A stretch of DNA of 63,809 nt, the filler included, from Octopus bimaculoides (Eukaryota), in NCBI RefSeq assembly GCF_001194135.2. It is 5 parts of 5 records of this genome, joined end to end, with 100 filler letters (N's around TTAATTAATTAA, not from the genome) between each part and the next. Parts side by side here need not be neighbours in the genome. Positions count along the whole stretch, not along the records: positions 21,116 to 35,464 come from NC_068982.1; positions 35,565 to 61,534 come from NC_069001.1; 3 more parts are not named here. The stretch is one strand, 5' to 3'. This document shows positions 25,706 through 39,629 of the stretch, piece by piece (position 1 is the stretch's first letter; each line of letters starts with the position of its first letter). Made by a program: the position numbers and the translations under genes. The notes beneath the pieces are model-generated. The model was not told the origin of the DNA. It ran no database searches and worked only from the letters and a program-made list of their open reading frames with translations.

Positions 25706-27547
25706 TGCCTTACATGCCAAAATGAAGCTAAATTTATATTAGTATGTGAGCAAAGGTATTAAGTATTATTAATCTCGAATATTTTTTCCAAGGTGGAGCT
25801 GAATGACTGAAACGTGTAAAAGAATAAACTACACTAAATATGATGACACTGACATCACTCAAACATAAGGACGGCCTTACAGCATTGATAGGATAACTCA
25901 TACTGAAATTGCTCCATGTACTCCTCTAACAAATTGATCGACAGCCCGTTCCTAGAGGTTAAGCCGATATCACCACCTCCACCGCAATCACCATCACTGC
26001 CGCCATCGACACCACTAATAGTTTAAAAACAGCAACAGCGACAAGAAACATCAAAAGCCAGCAACCAACTAGTCTACGTGATTGCCACTCTATCTACTGG
26101 CAATAACAGCCAAATCACCCACAAGCAACTCTTCCATTTTAAAAAAGTAAAAGTACACTTGATAATGGAGTTCTAGATGTGTTATGCCTGAAAGAAGATA
26201 AGGTCATATTTGGAATGCTTTTGATGATAGTGCTGTTTGATTGAGCCTGACCAGGGACTAAACAATAACAACTTGACTTCCGTATTAATATTTGTATAAC
26301 AAATAATCTCGGACTGTTTTGGGCGATAGACTGTTATTACTAACTTACAAGTCAATAACTACAGAGAAGGTGACTGCTACAAAAACGTCTCTTTGCGATA
26401 TAAACATTAATGAAACATGCCAGACAACGTCACTCAAAACACTGTAGCAAAGAACTTTCAATAAGCAAGTATAAAGTCATATTTTAAAAATAACTTATTG
26501 GAAAATATCCATAACTGCAATATTGACAATAACACTGATATGCACAACTAAGAAATTCTATAAAAGCAACAAAAGAAATAACTTTCTAATACACACTCCA
26601 CTGTCTGCTCACATACCTGCTGTCTCCTCGCTCTTCCTCTTTCACTACTACTACGACGGCTTTTGCTGCTCGGACCTGGCTGATCTTGTTCTATTGTCAG
26701 ACATGCTTTACTCACTGGTCTTTTCTTTCGGCATCCATATTTTTTCTGCTCACCTCCTCACTAACCATTTTGCTCAGATCTTTTTTCCAAAATAGTCACC
26801 GCTCTAGAAATTCCTCTCTGCTTATGTTTTCCTTGCAGTTGTTCCAGTTGAATAACTTCTACGATGATGTCACCAGTCTAGGAAGATTGCAAAGACCATA
26901 GGGACACTTCATAAAATAATATACACAGTATAATGGTAGTGAGAAGCCTGTGGCAAAACTAGTACGAGTTATTCAAACGTCTAACGAACCATCACATATG
27001 GTGAGCATTAAACACAGTCATTTAACATTTGGAAATACATGCAAACCACTGGAAATCCAATCATCATTATATCTTGTTCTAACTGTATAAATATTCTCAG
27101 CATGAAGTAGAATAAGCGCATAGATCACAGACACTAACCTAATTCATAGATATTCTATAAATATCTAACATGTAAAACTAAAGAGAACGGTCGTCAATAA
27201 AATATGTATATACTGACGTTGTGTCCATCAAAAATGATCGGATTTATTTGTCTTGCAAGTACATCTGAATCTTTTTGATTTAAGTCCTGCTTACATTTCA
27301 ACTTGCTTTCCTTCAGTTATTCTTACAAATTTTACCTGGAGCTTTTGCTTCTGACTTTTCTTGTGTTTCTTGTCGTTTTACAATAGCCCTTTCCTCCAAT
27401 TCGTATCAAGCAGATATTTCTAGTGACAATGTTCGTTCTCTTTCTGTAGTTCGAAGCCCAGCAGTTTCTCTAAAGCAACAAAATGATTTCGTCTGTTATA
27501 TATTTGAAAAGTCCCCTCTTCATTTCCTCACTCTTACTTGTCTTCAC

Positions 27548-27609
<62 letters not shown>

Positions 27610-27678
27610 GTCTGTCTGTCTGTCTATCTATCTATATATCTATCTATCTATCTATCTACCTATCTATCTATCTATCTA
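27548..27678. repeat. (TCTA)n/(TCTG)n repeat
   Basis: Directly visible. Confidence 0.95.
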
Positions 27679-28023
27679 CATATAAACGCGCGCGCGCGCA
27701 CTCACACACACACACACACACACAGAGGAAGAAGGAGAATTCTCTCGCTCCAAGAGTACTTCCTTTCTTCATTTCCCAACATCTTCCCTCCATATGCAAT
27801 TTCTCCCTCTCACTCATTTTCTCATTCTAGCTCTCTCTCTCTCTCCTTCTCTTTCTCTCTCTCTCTCCTTCTCTTTCTCTCTCTCTCTCCTTCTCTTTCT
27901 CTCTCTCTCTCCTTCTCTTTCTCTCTCTCTCTCTTTTTCTTTCTGTCATTCTTTTAATCACTTGATCTCTGACATCATTCTATCTTGCCTATGTAAGTTT
28001 TATTTATTCATTCTTCTTACAGG

Positions 28024-28409
28024 AAGCGTAGGAGTGACAGTGTGATAAGAAGCTTGCTTCCGAACCACATGGTTCTGGGTTCAGTTCCACTGCGTGGTAC
28101 CTTGGGCAAGTGTCTTCTACTATAGCCTCGCGCTGACCAAAGCATTGTGAGTGGACTTGGTAGACGGAAACTGAAAGAAGCTCGTCATATATATATATAT
28201 ATATATANNNNNNNNNNNNNNNNNNNNNNNNNNNNNNNNNNNNNNNNNNNNNNNNNNNNNNNNNNNNNNNNNNNNNNNNNNNNNNNNNNNNNNNNNNNNN
28301 NNNNNNNNNNNNNNNNNNNNNNNNNNNNNNNNNNNNNNNNNNNNNNNNNNNNNNNNNNNNNNNNNNNNNNNNNNNNNNNNNNNNNNNNNNNNNNNNNNNN
28401 NNNNNNGTG

Positions 28410-28444
<35 letters not shown>

Positions 28445-28655
28445 ATTTGTGTGTCTGTTTTGTCCTCTTACCATCGCTTGACAACCGATGTTGGTGCTTT
28501 TACGTCCCCGTAACTTAGCGGCTCTGAAAAAGAGACCGACAGAGTAAGTATTAGACTTACAAAGAATAAGTCCTGGGATTGATTTGTTCGACTAAAGGCG
28601 GTGTTCCAGCATGGCCACAGTCAAATGACTGAAATAAGTAAAAGAATAAAAGAAT
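28024..28655 (+). mobile_element. SINE family A, full length, N gap in internal microsatellite
   Basis: Head and tail match 18894-19310. Confidence 0.95.
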
Positions 28656-29063
28656 TACATGTACACACTTTCTGCTCTTTCTCTCTTACTTGCACTACTT
28701 CTTTTATTCTTTCTCTAATTCCTTATTGTATTTCTCATACTGCTGGCTTGACTGCCCGTCCACCAACTTTTTCACTAAAAGCTTTTGTCTGTCTCTCTCT
28801 TTTTGTCCATGTCTGTCTGTCTTCTTTTCTCTCTCACCTCTCTCTCTCTCCCTCTCTCTCCTCCCCCCTCTCTCTCTCTCTCTGTATCTGCGTCCCAAGA
28901 AGATTTTCATTTATTAGTAATCAAAAATTATAATCTGCTACGAGAAAAACTCAACTTTCAGATCGACGAACCTACCTCTCTCTATCTGTTTATTTATCTT
29001 TCTCTGTCTATCTGTATTCCTCTATCTTTTACACTTTCTCCCTCTCTCTCTCCNNNNNNNNNN

Positions 29064-29096
<33 letters not shown>

Positions 29097-29698
29097 ACCA
29101 CACACACACACACACACATACTCTTTCTCTCTTTCTCTCTATCACACTTTCTCTCTATCACTCTTTCTCTGTATATGTATGTCTCTCACACATGCTGCTC
29201 CCCATCTCTCTTGATATGATATGGAATTATTCTCATTTTGTTTAAACTTCGTAGTCTTAATGTTTTTGCTTTCAGTTTATGACAGACAGCTGTCACGCAG
29301 AAAATTGCACCTTCCAAAACCTGTTTTCGAATTGGGCAAAAATCAGCAAACTTTAAACTCTGTAACATTTTTCTAAAATTTTTCTGGAATAAATGAATCA
29401 CAAAATCAGATTCAACGTGAACAATTACAGCAATATACTAAATTTGAAAATTTCGTTTTATTTCAAAAGTTCAAAATCTGTAACAACAACAAAGCAAATC
29501 ACATCTTTCTATCTGTCTATCGGTCTCTGTCGTTTATGCTTTTCTCATTGTAAACTTCCCCCTCTCTATAAATATTCAGCACACTCTTTCTTTCTCGATC
29601 TTCCTCTGTATAAGTATACCGCTCATGCTGAGTATGTGTGTGCTTGTATGTGTGCGTGCGCGTGCGTCAGTATGTGTGTGTGTGTGCGTGTGTCAGTG

Positions 29699-29753
<55 letters not shown>

Positions 29754-29972
29754 TGTTAGATGTGTATAAGGAATTTCATTTGGGTGACAGAGTGGAAAGA
29801 CCCTCACATGGCATCGGCGGCGAGCTCAAGAGACACCTGAACAGAGAAGGAATAGAGTAGATGGTATACGAACACGTGCCTCTGTCACACGGTTTCGGGA
29901 GGCACCCGAGCATAGGATGCATCGATTAGATGATAAGTGCACAAGAGACTCTGACGCACAGATTCGGGAGAC

Positions 29973-30137
29973 GATGCCCCATTTCAGTTCAAACGAATCC
30001 AATTTCCAGTAAGTCATAGTTTTGCCACGACCATCAACAAATCGGAAGGGCAAACATTTTCGGTTGTTGATTTACACCTTGAAGAGCCCTGCATCACCCA
30101 TGATCACCTTTACGTTGGCTGTTCATTAGCAGGAACT
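29973..30137 (+). mobile_element. Helitron PIF1-like helicase C-terminal relic
   Basis: Translates to PFQFKRIQFPVSHSFATTINKSEGQTFSVVDLHLEEPCITHDHLYVGCS, matching the Helitron pattern FPV.L.FAMTINKSQGQT...HGQLYVACSR. Confidence 0.85.
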
Positions 30138-30143
30138 GCATAT

Positions 30144-30189
<46 letters not shown>

Positions 30190-30224
30190 GTATATATCGA
30201 TATTGGTATTGATATATTGGTGAA

Positions 30225-30960
30225 CAGTTGACGGCATTGGAGGTCATAACGATAAAAGTTGTAGCTGTAAAGTGTTACCTGACATGCAAGACTAGAAGCC
30301 ATCTAGATATTGAAAAAGTGTTACCTGTATCGCGTTGGACATCAAAATGCCGACACCATGACAGCTATTTAAGGCGGGGCCAGCAGGAAGGAACACAGCA
30401 GGTGTTCTAACTGCAACTGCACGGCGGAGTTTATCTCCAAAATCTTTGAACAGGGCCTTAGGTTCCATTCAGGCGGCTATGTGAAGCTGCTGGAGGTTAT
30501 GGCTGTGGAAGGTTGCTGCTGGAAGGCTATATGGGTGGCAATAAGATTCGGCTCTTGGTTATTCTCCGAGAAAGAGCCAGAAGTGGTTGTCAGAGTATTT
30601 CGACGACTTCACCAGCATCAATTTCTGGCCTCCTAATCCCCTCGATTGTAATGCCGTAGATTACTAATGTGTCGAGCGTGTTTGAGAAAGATACCAACCG
30701 CTCTGACTGCATTAGTAAGGCTGATCTGTTGGCCAAGATCAAGGTGTTCGAAGATTTTCCTAGAAACATAGTGAGGAAAGCATGCCTCAGGTTCCGGATC
30801 TGTCTTGAGGCCATGGTGGAAACTGAGAGCTATTACGTTGAGTAAGCTTTTATCTCCCAACTATAATCTAGCTGATACTTTTTGAGTTTTTAAAATACTT
30901 TTATTTTGGGATGAAATACGGTGTTTTCTTTTCCTTTTATGCAAACCGTCAAATTTAGCC
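30225..30960 (+). mobile_element. IS630-Tc1-mariner DD37D (maT-type) relic, internally deleted
   Basis: WQ*DSA...WPPNPLDCNAVD with Asp codons at 30545 and 30659 (37 residues between); C-terminus FEKDTNRS...ETESYYVE* ends 30845. Confidence 0.85.
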
Positions 30961-30967
30961 AGATGTC

Positions 30968-31010
<43 letters not shown>

Positions 31011-31107
31011 ATATATATATATATATATATACTTCATTATTAAAGCTGCAAAAAACTGCTACTCAAGGTTTCACATTCCCGTTTGTCGGACAAAACACGT
31101 ATATACT

Positions 31108-31155
<48 letters not shown>

Positions 31156-34100
31156 CACGCACACACACAAGCACACACGCACACACACATATATATAAGT
31201 TGATGAGTTGACAAAATCTCTAGATCACCCAACTAAATGCAATGCATTTTCTTTTTGCTTGCTACGAGCCAAGAAGTGAATGTCTATGCAATCGCATTTC
31301 CTGCAAGAAATAGCAGCTATATCTTCCTTAAGTGAAGTCCTTAGTATCTTAAGATATCGATATAGTATGTTTAAAACAAAAGTGATATCGTCACGGCTGG
31401 AATGTCTTTGGTTCTAGATCTCGATTTGAACGGACCTGGATGAAAGCTATTTTGCAACTTTTATTTTTATCTCTCTACGTTTTGAGTACAAATTCTACCA
31501 GGCTCATCTTGCAATAAGTCATGTAACAATAATGCATTTGGTTTCCTTTCATTCTCCACTCCAGCGAATGATGTCTTTGTCCATCTTATTCAAAAGTAAT
31601 CTTATTCTTAATGGTCGTTCATTCATTCACACTGACGCTGAACGCCTTAGTAAATATGAAAACAATATATGATATGCAGTAAAATTATTCTGCTACGTAG
31701 CCAAGCAGTTTACCTACATCGTACGTGTAGTTTCCAGTTCAAAATAAAGTTTGTTTCTTCTTTATTGTTGATATACTGTGGATGTGTTATTTTTTCACTA
31801 GGGGTTTCACTTCCTTTCTCTCCTTCCTTCAACCGCAGAATAGCATAGTTGTTTCCCCCTCCCCGTCATCTGTGTTTGAGGTAATTAATTAAGATTCAGT
31901 TTAAACCATTGGGGGAATATTAAAATTTAATAGCTTCACCGAAGTCTTACACCGAGCATGAGAGAGCTTTTTCACAGTCACTCAACTTGCTAGAAATAAT
32001 ATCTAAATTATTCTTACATCACCCTTCTCTTTTAAATAGATTCCATTGTTTAGTGTATCCGTCTCTCTTTTAAATAGAGAAGGATACATTAAACAATGGA
32101 ATCTCCGATAAAAAACAAAAAGAGAGAAAATAGAAAAGATTAGATGGTCAAAGTTGATACCCCTTTCATTGAAGGTTAATTCAGCGGGGCTGATCGAGGG
32201 CGAAAGAGCAACTTTACTTTCGAAGAGTTCGAAAGAAAACGGACACATCTAAGACGCTCTGCTAACGAAAGGAAAAGAAAATGCTGCTACGTGGAGTGTT
32301 AATGGATAAAACACTATACCAGCAGCTACTTTTTATTAATTGCTCATCAGTGGCTTTTGTTTCCGCTTTTGGATGAACTGGTATTAAAAATATCTAACAA
32401 TATATTATTGGAACGGTATAGTTCTATTTTTATTTATTATTTATATTTCTTTATTTCTATTGTTATTTTCATTTATTTATTTTTCACATTTCTTCTAGAG
32501 CTGCTTCAATGACTGATCGCTACAAGCCCTTTGCACCTGCTGCTGCTGTATAGGATAAAGTTCTTTGTTGAAGAGAAAGGGTTGTTATATTAGTAGTTGC
32601 TTCTTTCTTTCTGACAGTGTCGACAACGTCAGCGACAAGAACAACAATAACATTTAGAGTAATGTTAAAGAAACGTTTTTCATATTTGCCCTCGGAGTGA
32701 ACTATTGAGACTTCAGCTTAAAACTGATGTCTACTTCACTATTATCATCAACACATGTCTACTCTTCAGCTCTGACAAGAATTTCTCTTTCCGTTGCGCC
32801 ACGTGACTTCAATGTATAACCCCGGCAATTTCACCATTAAAGCTCGTGTCATATTAAATGCAACTTTTGTCTTGACCTTCAGGCATTATTCACTGAAAAC
32901 TGACCATCGGCAACGTACATGTCTATAAGACTAGTTGTGTTACTCTTTTGTAAGTACAACAGTAATAATGTAAGCTAAGGAGAGGGGAGTGAGTAGAGCG
33001 ACGTGTCTGTTCTTAGAAATAATTTTCAAAACGTAAATACACCAGACCCTTTTCTCTCTTATCTCTTTTATTGGTACTTTTGATGCTTTATACTTTTTCT
33101 AAATTGACCGACTGGTGCCATTGATTATTAAACCTAAGAAGTGCACTCACTCGACCATTTCACTAACATTGACCTGTTTGTTGGAAGTTGGGGTTTGTGT
33201 ACATAAGCTGACAATTGAGCGCTCTCAGTGAAACGATCACACTTCGAAATTGCGAACTTCCTATTAATAGCACTCGTAACACAGACTCCTTTTGCTTGAT
33301 TTTTCAGTAAGTAGCTAGAACTATATTCTGTCTCTAAAACCTTTTATTCTTTAATTCATTTCTAAAATAAAGCATTATATTGGCAGGTATATATTCAAGA
33401 TAGCATGAAATAAAAAAAAGGGGGTAAACAATGTTAATTTGATAAACTCAGTGTGTGAACCTACATAGAAATCCCTTCTCTTTTATATGGAAAATGTTGA
33501 TAGATTTACATATGTTCTGAGATTTGCGTTCACAAGTAGTCGTATGGTCGGCGTGTAAACTTACCAGAAGCATTTAATAGATAGATATATCTATATGTTT
33601 TTATGGATGTTCATGATAAGTATATATAAAGGAAAATACGAAATGTCTTTTAATACTAGTTAACTAACGCCGAAAATAGAACAAACTATGTAGTAAAATG
33701 AGTCTGTTAAAGTATAGTTTTTTCAAGCAAAAATTAGAAGATATTCTTTAAAAGTAGATACTAACGTATATGCGTGTAGTAGGTGTGGGGTGGAATAATC
33801 AATTGAGATTAATCAATTGAGATTAAGAAATTCGCTTTACAAGCACACGGCACATTGGTTCAATGTCTTTTACTATATCAGTGCTTCTGAGCCAAATTTT
33901 GCCTGTGAATCCCTTTGAGTCCTATTTTACGAAGGTGGACTTTCATTGCCATTCAATGTTTAAAAAATCCTGTAATATGTTTAATACTAAATATTATTTG
34001 GAATACTATTAAAAGATTGTTAAAATATTTTGTGTATTGTAGATGTATAAGCAATTTATTGCATGTAAATTTTAACAACAAAATTTTATATGAACCCGGT

Positions 34101-34239
34101 TGAGAGCCGCTGTACTATATCCTGTGAGAGGAATTTGGTAGACGGAAATAGTGGTGAAGTCCAGCGCGCGCGCGTGTGTGTGTACACATATATATATATT
34201 GTCTGAATTTTATATACCCTCGTCAGAGATAGCTGACAT

Positions 34240-34296
34240 GGAAGGGGAAATGGCAACCACTCTGGAGTGGAGAGCGGTCGCCATTTCGCCTTTTCC
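34240..34296. repeat. GC-rich imperfect hairpin, 24-26-nt arms
   Basis: GGAAGGGGAAATGGCAACCACTCT / AGAGCGGTCGCCATTTCGCCTTTTCC. Confidence 0.85.
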
Positions 34297-34456
34297 TGAT
34301 GATGTCTGAAAAGAAGCAGTAATTTTAGCAAAACATATTAAGCAACACTCATAATAAATCTAAAAACATAAAAATAAACAAGCTTTTGATGGTTTTATAG
34401 ACATTTCAAAATTATGATGCTCTAATGCTAGGTGTTTCCATTATTTTGTCCAACCC

Positions 34457-34558
<102 letters not shown>

Positions 34559-34771
34559 CAAATTCCTGAAATGGCCTAAAAACCGGTGTTATTGTTTATG
34601 TTGTGTCTCATATACTCCATAACTTGAAGGTTCGATAAAGAGTCTATAAAATTATTCAGAAACTGAAATAAGCAATCAGGCCCATATGAACAACTAATTC
34701 TTGCACAAAGTGCTCCTGTATGGCCGTTAGAAAATGTCTTAAATCTGTAAAATATTTGTTTCCAATTTAGA

Positions 34772-34965
34772 CGCAAGGCCAGCAATCTTCGAAGCGTGGA
34801 TGTTAGTCAATTACATCGACCCATTATTTCATTTGTACTTTACTTTATCGACCCCAGTGGAATGAAAGGCAGTGTTGCTCTCGACGAAATTTGAGCTCAG
34901 AACATAAAACCAGAGCAAATACTGAATGACATTTTCCCCAACTTTCTAACTATTCTGCCAATCAA
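34772..34965 (-). mobile_element. SINE family B
   Basis: TTTATCGACCCCAGTGGAATGAAAGGC...ATTTGAGCTCAGAAC is the reverse complement of family B. Confidence 0.75.
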
Positions 34966-35407
34966 CCCGCCGTAAAGTCAAAAAAATAAAAGAACAACTT
35001 TATTGTTAAATCGTCCAAAGGCTAGAATGCTTCGTGATATTCGTTCCGACGCATTGCGTTATGAGTTCAAATCCTATCGAGGTTAGGTTTAATTCATCTT
35101 TTCGGAGTTAATCGATAAAATACCAGTTGGTTTTGATAGCTAAGCGTATGAACCATGGAGTAGACTATCTCTCTTGGACACCTTGACTTAATGAGATCGG
35201 GGTGGTACTTAACGCTGTGAGGAGGTGCGTGGAGGCTGTAGCGAGGTGGAAGGAGAGGGTAGGAAAGGAGATGTAAGTACTTGAGTGTCATTAGGTATTA
35301 GTCAATTCGAAGCTATAGAAGACAGTAACCTAAGGTGCTGCGCAGTTAGATCAAATTGGAAAGAGAAAGTTTATCGCATTTTCTAGAGAGAAAGAGCGAG
35401 CGAGACA

Positions 35408-35464
<57 letters not shown>

Positions 35465-35508
35465 NNNNNNNNNNNNNNNNNNNNNNNNNNNNNNNNNNNN
35501 NNNNNNNN

Positions 35509-35520
35509 TTAATTAATTAA
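35509..35520. other. Assembly linker TTAATTAATTAA
   Basis: 44N-12-44N join. Confidence 0.9.
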
Positions 35521-35564
35521 NNNNNNNNNNNNNNNNNNNNNNNNNNNNNNNNNNNNNNNNNNNN

Positions 35565-35945
35565 CTGTTTCTGTCTATGGCTAGTGCTTTGCTATACCTA
35601 ACCGCTTCTGCTTTTATTGCTCTCTTGAGGGCAAACCACCATTTGTTATTGATGATGGCTCCTGTCAAAGCCCTCTTTACTAACGTGCTAATCCGGTCTC
35701 TGAAAACTGGTCTCGACGGGAAAGACGCGTTTAGTTTCCAGTAACCGGAGCCCTGCCTATGTGTCTTATCTAAGTCTAGCGTACACGTCACAAGTTTGTG
35801 ATCCGTGTAGCTGACTATGTGAAATTGTGGACACCCTATGCTATCTCTATCTACTCTCCTACACAGTATTCTATCTAGATACGATCTCGACGACCCGATG
35901 CGGTTTGTCCATGTCCACATTGGCGCATTCGGGTAATCGAGTCGG
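35565..35945 (-). mobile_element. Tx1/L1-type LINE, APE endonuclease C-terminal fragment
   Basis: SRSYLDRIL...YTDHKLV...GSGYWKLNAS...WWFALK matches the end of the L1/Tx1 APE domain. Confidence 0.85.
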
Positions 35946-36949
35946 TAGATAGATAGATAGATGCAGAGATAGATAGATATATGGAGTGATAGTGAGATAC
36001 ATGGGTAATTACATAGATATATATATAGACACACAGACAGGTGGGATACAGAAAGATAGATAGATAAGTAGATAGATAAGCAGATAGAAAGATCCCGTCG
36101 AAACAATGCACACAAGTGGTCTGTTTATAGAGATGAAAGGGTTGAACCGCGTATTAAGCTTAATCTCTCCTTCGAATTATCGCTGTTTGATATGGTGCAT
36201 GCTGTATCGTGTATCAGTTGTCAAAGAGATCGGAGAGCAACGTCAGATGAAGCGTTTTGCTCAAGAACACAACGCAGCACCCTAACCACTAAGCTACGCG
36301 CCCTCACAGATAGATATATGGATATATACTTTAATAATTATACATAGGTATACAGAGGGGAGAGATATCAAAGTTAGAAAGAGGAAGAAAGATTGAGATG
36401 CTTCTATCCTATAGGGATATATACATTAATATATAAGCGTACATACCTGCAGTGAACTATATCAGAAAGTTTTCTCTCTTCAAAACGACACACATTTAGT
36501 AACCTCATTTGTCAATGTTACTCAGACGTCTTACCCTGTGTTATATATATCCTGTTGGTATATCTTGTAATATATCCCGCTGTAAGCAACTGTTTTCCCA
36601 ATCGTCGCCAAATATACTTCTAAGGAAATTTGCTTCAGTTGAAGACTTAACAACACATAGATGCACTCTTAATGCAGCTTTTTAACACACACATACACTC
36701 CTATATACACACACATACGTGTGTGGGGAGATGTGTATGTATAAGGGGATATATAAACTTAGATTCATATATAGGAATACGTTCAATATATACGATATGT
36801 GTATGTGTAACATCTATAAATTTGCCTAACAAACCATAAATTTTGTTGCTATCACTTTTATATATAATCATATATCAGGTTATCTCATAAGTTCTATACG
36901 AATTCTAAATGAAGAAATCAAGTCACCAAATACTATATGTAATTGAAAT

Positions 36950-37320
36950 TTAATCATCAATGTATTTTCCCTGATTATCTATGACATCCTTCCATCTATT
37001 TAAAAGCGTTTTAATCCCATCAATGTAAGACTCTTATGGTTTCAAGGCGAAGAACTCTGAAATGTCAGTTTCGACCTCCTCCTCGCTTGCGAAAGTTATG
37101 TTCCCCAGATGATTCTGTAAACTACAAAACAAATAGTAGTCTGAAGGAACAAGGTCTGGAGAATGAGATGAATGAGGATTTTTTTCCCCAACCAACGAGG
37201 GCGCGTGGTGAGACAGCCCATGTGATCTATATTAAAGCCGGTGGCGACTTCCTTTGCTTCTGTGTTTGTTTTGGTAATGGCGCTTGTAAGACGTCTTGTG
37301 TGTGGAAGTGTGATTATTTC
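36950..37320 (-). mobile_element. Mariner transposase C-terminal relic
   Basis: PHSSHSPDLVPSDYYLFCSLQNHL...FFALKP*ESYIDGIKTLLNRWKDVIDNQGKYIDD*. Confidence 0.9.
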
Positions 37321-37906
37321 ACAAATGTTCTTTGTGTAGGTGTGTAGGCTGGGTGAATTTTTAATGCAGATCATATAGTCATTTATGGATTTAAGGAACG
37401 GGTTAAAATAATGCCGAAACGTTGCAGGTATATATTTATACATACGAATTTTTAAGTATATAAACACACACGCACACACACATACACAGGCTCATACANN
37501 NNNNNNNNNNNNNNNNNNNNNNNNNNNNNNNNNNNNNNNNNNNNNTATATATATATATATATATATGTAGACACATACAAATATATTTTGGCACTTATTT
37601 ATATATATGTTTGTGTATGTCTGTGTGTGCGTGTATGCATATGTGACTGTATATGTTTGTCGGTGTCTGTGAGTCCGTGTTTGTATATGTGTAGTTCCGT
37701 ACACAAGTACGTAAATTAACGCATACTTATAGATAGATTGATACAAAAAGATACATCAGTTTATAAGTAGTAATACATTATTATTAAAAAATAATTCCAC
37801 AATTAGCCATAGTCATATAAACTATGAATTTCCGTTGAATGTGAAAGTTATTGAACTTTCATGCCGAAACTCACCGACACATATATTTATAATCGTATGT
37901 ATCATT

Positions 37907-37943
<37 letters not shown>

Positions 37944-38832
37944 ATACATAAGTATAAAAACATATGTACGTTTATAGTATTATGTATGCATACTCACGCA
38001 CGCACATGTCTATACATATAACCAACAACATGTCAGTGAGGCACGTTCCACATAAAATCATATATAAAATACACTTTAATTTGAGTTAAATAAATCTGCC
38101 AGTGAGCCATAAGTTTTCATGCTGTTTGTGTTCTATTTCTAAACCAGAAGTATATATCACAGGAACTTTCACCATGTTACTAGTCTTGCATATAAATGTC
38201 TGCTTAGTCATACATACATACATTTTGTTTCAAATTTCTCAAAGCCAATTTCTATATTTAATTCTAAACTAATCAACCTTCTTCAAATTTGCTAACCTCT
38301 CTAATGGAACGATATATTTCCCCCGGGAGAAAGTGGTCAAACGTTCTGGAACATTTAATGTAATGTTAGGATGTGTTTTATTATGGGCTAATTTATATTT
38401 TAAGCTCTAGATATATTTGGATAGTAAAGTAGTCAGGTATAGTTCTGATTCTTTAGATCAAAGTATACTTTATTTAGTGGGGTATATGTATTTGTTTTTT
38501 TTTTCTTGCAATTTCTATAATTAATTCTGAATACGCTAGAGTTGTTTTAATTGCAAATGGTTGCACCTAGAATTTGATAGTTTCCTGAAGCTAACGACTG
38601 CACTGTCTGGTAGACCTTATTTCAGAGGGATAAAAAATTTATTTAGATAGCAATGTAGCCAAGTGCATTTCTGATTCGCTGGATGCGTACATATTCATCG
38701 ATATGACATAGCGATTCAGTAATCTATCTATCTATCTATCTGCCTGTCTCTTTCTCTGTATAGATATATACATACATATATATACATATATATACAAACG
38801 TATATATATACATATATATGTGTATGTTTGTG

Positions 38833-38877
<45 letters not shown>

Positions 38878-39054
38878 GCATATATAAACCATGTATATAA
38901 TATATACATATAATATACAAATACATGTATATGTGTGTGTACGTGTGCGTATGTGTATGTGTGTGTACGCGTGTGTATGTGTGTGTGCATGGAAAACTCA
39001 TATATGTCTGAATGTACGTATTGTTACATTACTAAACATTCAGTTTTATATTTA

Positions 39055-39090
39055 ACTAACAGGACCCGTGAATATTTCACGGAATTAATG
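39055..39090 (-). mobile_element. Possible Helitron 3' terminus
   Basis: Hairpin CCGTGAA-ATA-TTCACGG (39066-82) then GTCCTG-TTAG|T on the minus strand; canonical end is CTRR|T. Confidence 0.35.
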
Positions 39091-39566
39091 GTAAACTGAT
39101 TGTGTCATTACTGAAGACTCTATCCTAAAACCTGAAATAATATCCTGTGATGTCTTTCAAAACATAGTCGCTCATTGAACAGTGAAAGAGTGTGGGACGC
39201 GTTGGTTACTTAATGCACTGCATATATATACATTTTATATACTTTATGCACACTTTTATAGATTTAATACACAGTACTCATACAATAAATATTCAAGCAT
39301 AATTTTCCATTTTCCCCCAAAATAAAAGAGAAAATATCCTGTACATATGATACGCCGTTTAGTTAAATTGCATGTAAATTGCACGCAAATAACCGTGAGT
39401 TTCACAGAATTGCACTTGCGTTAAGTGGTAGGTTGTATAAAAAGAAGTATTTCAATTAAAACAAATGCACTTTTCACTAGCCAATCACCACTGCCACCTC
39501 TACCACCAGCACAATTATTATCACCACCGCTACCACCATAATCATCCTCTCTCTCGCCCTTCTCTC

Positions 39567-39629
<63 letters not shown>

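Noticed and set aside
32344-32350. Minus-strand CTGATGA
   Set aside because: No downstream GAAA or helix II
32498-32555. Strong + strand acceptor TTTCTTCTAG followed by AASMTDRYKPFAPAAAV*
   Set aside because: Short frame with no donor or homology; cannot be supported without RNA data
39105-39150. CTGAAGA...GAAA on the + strand
   Set aside because: No helix II and no helix I complementarity
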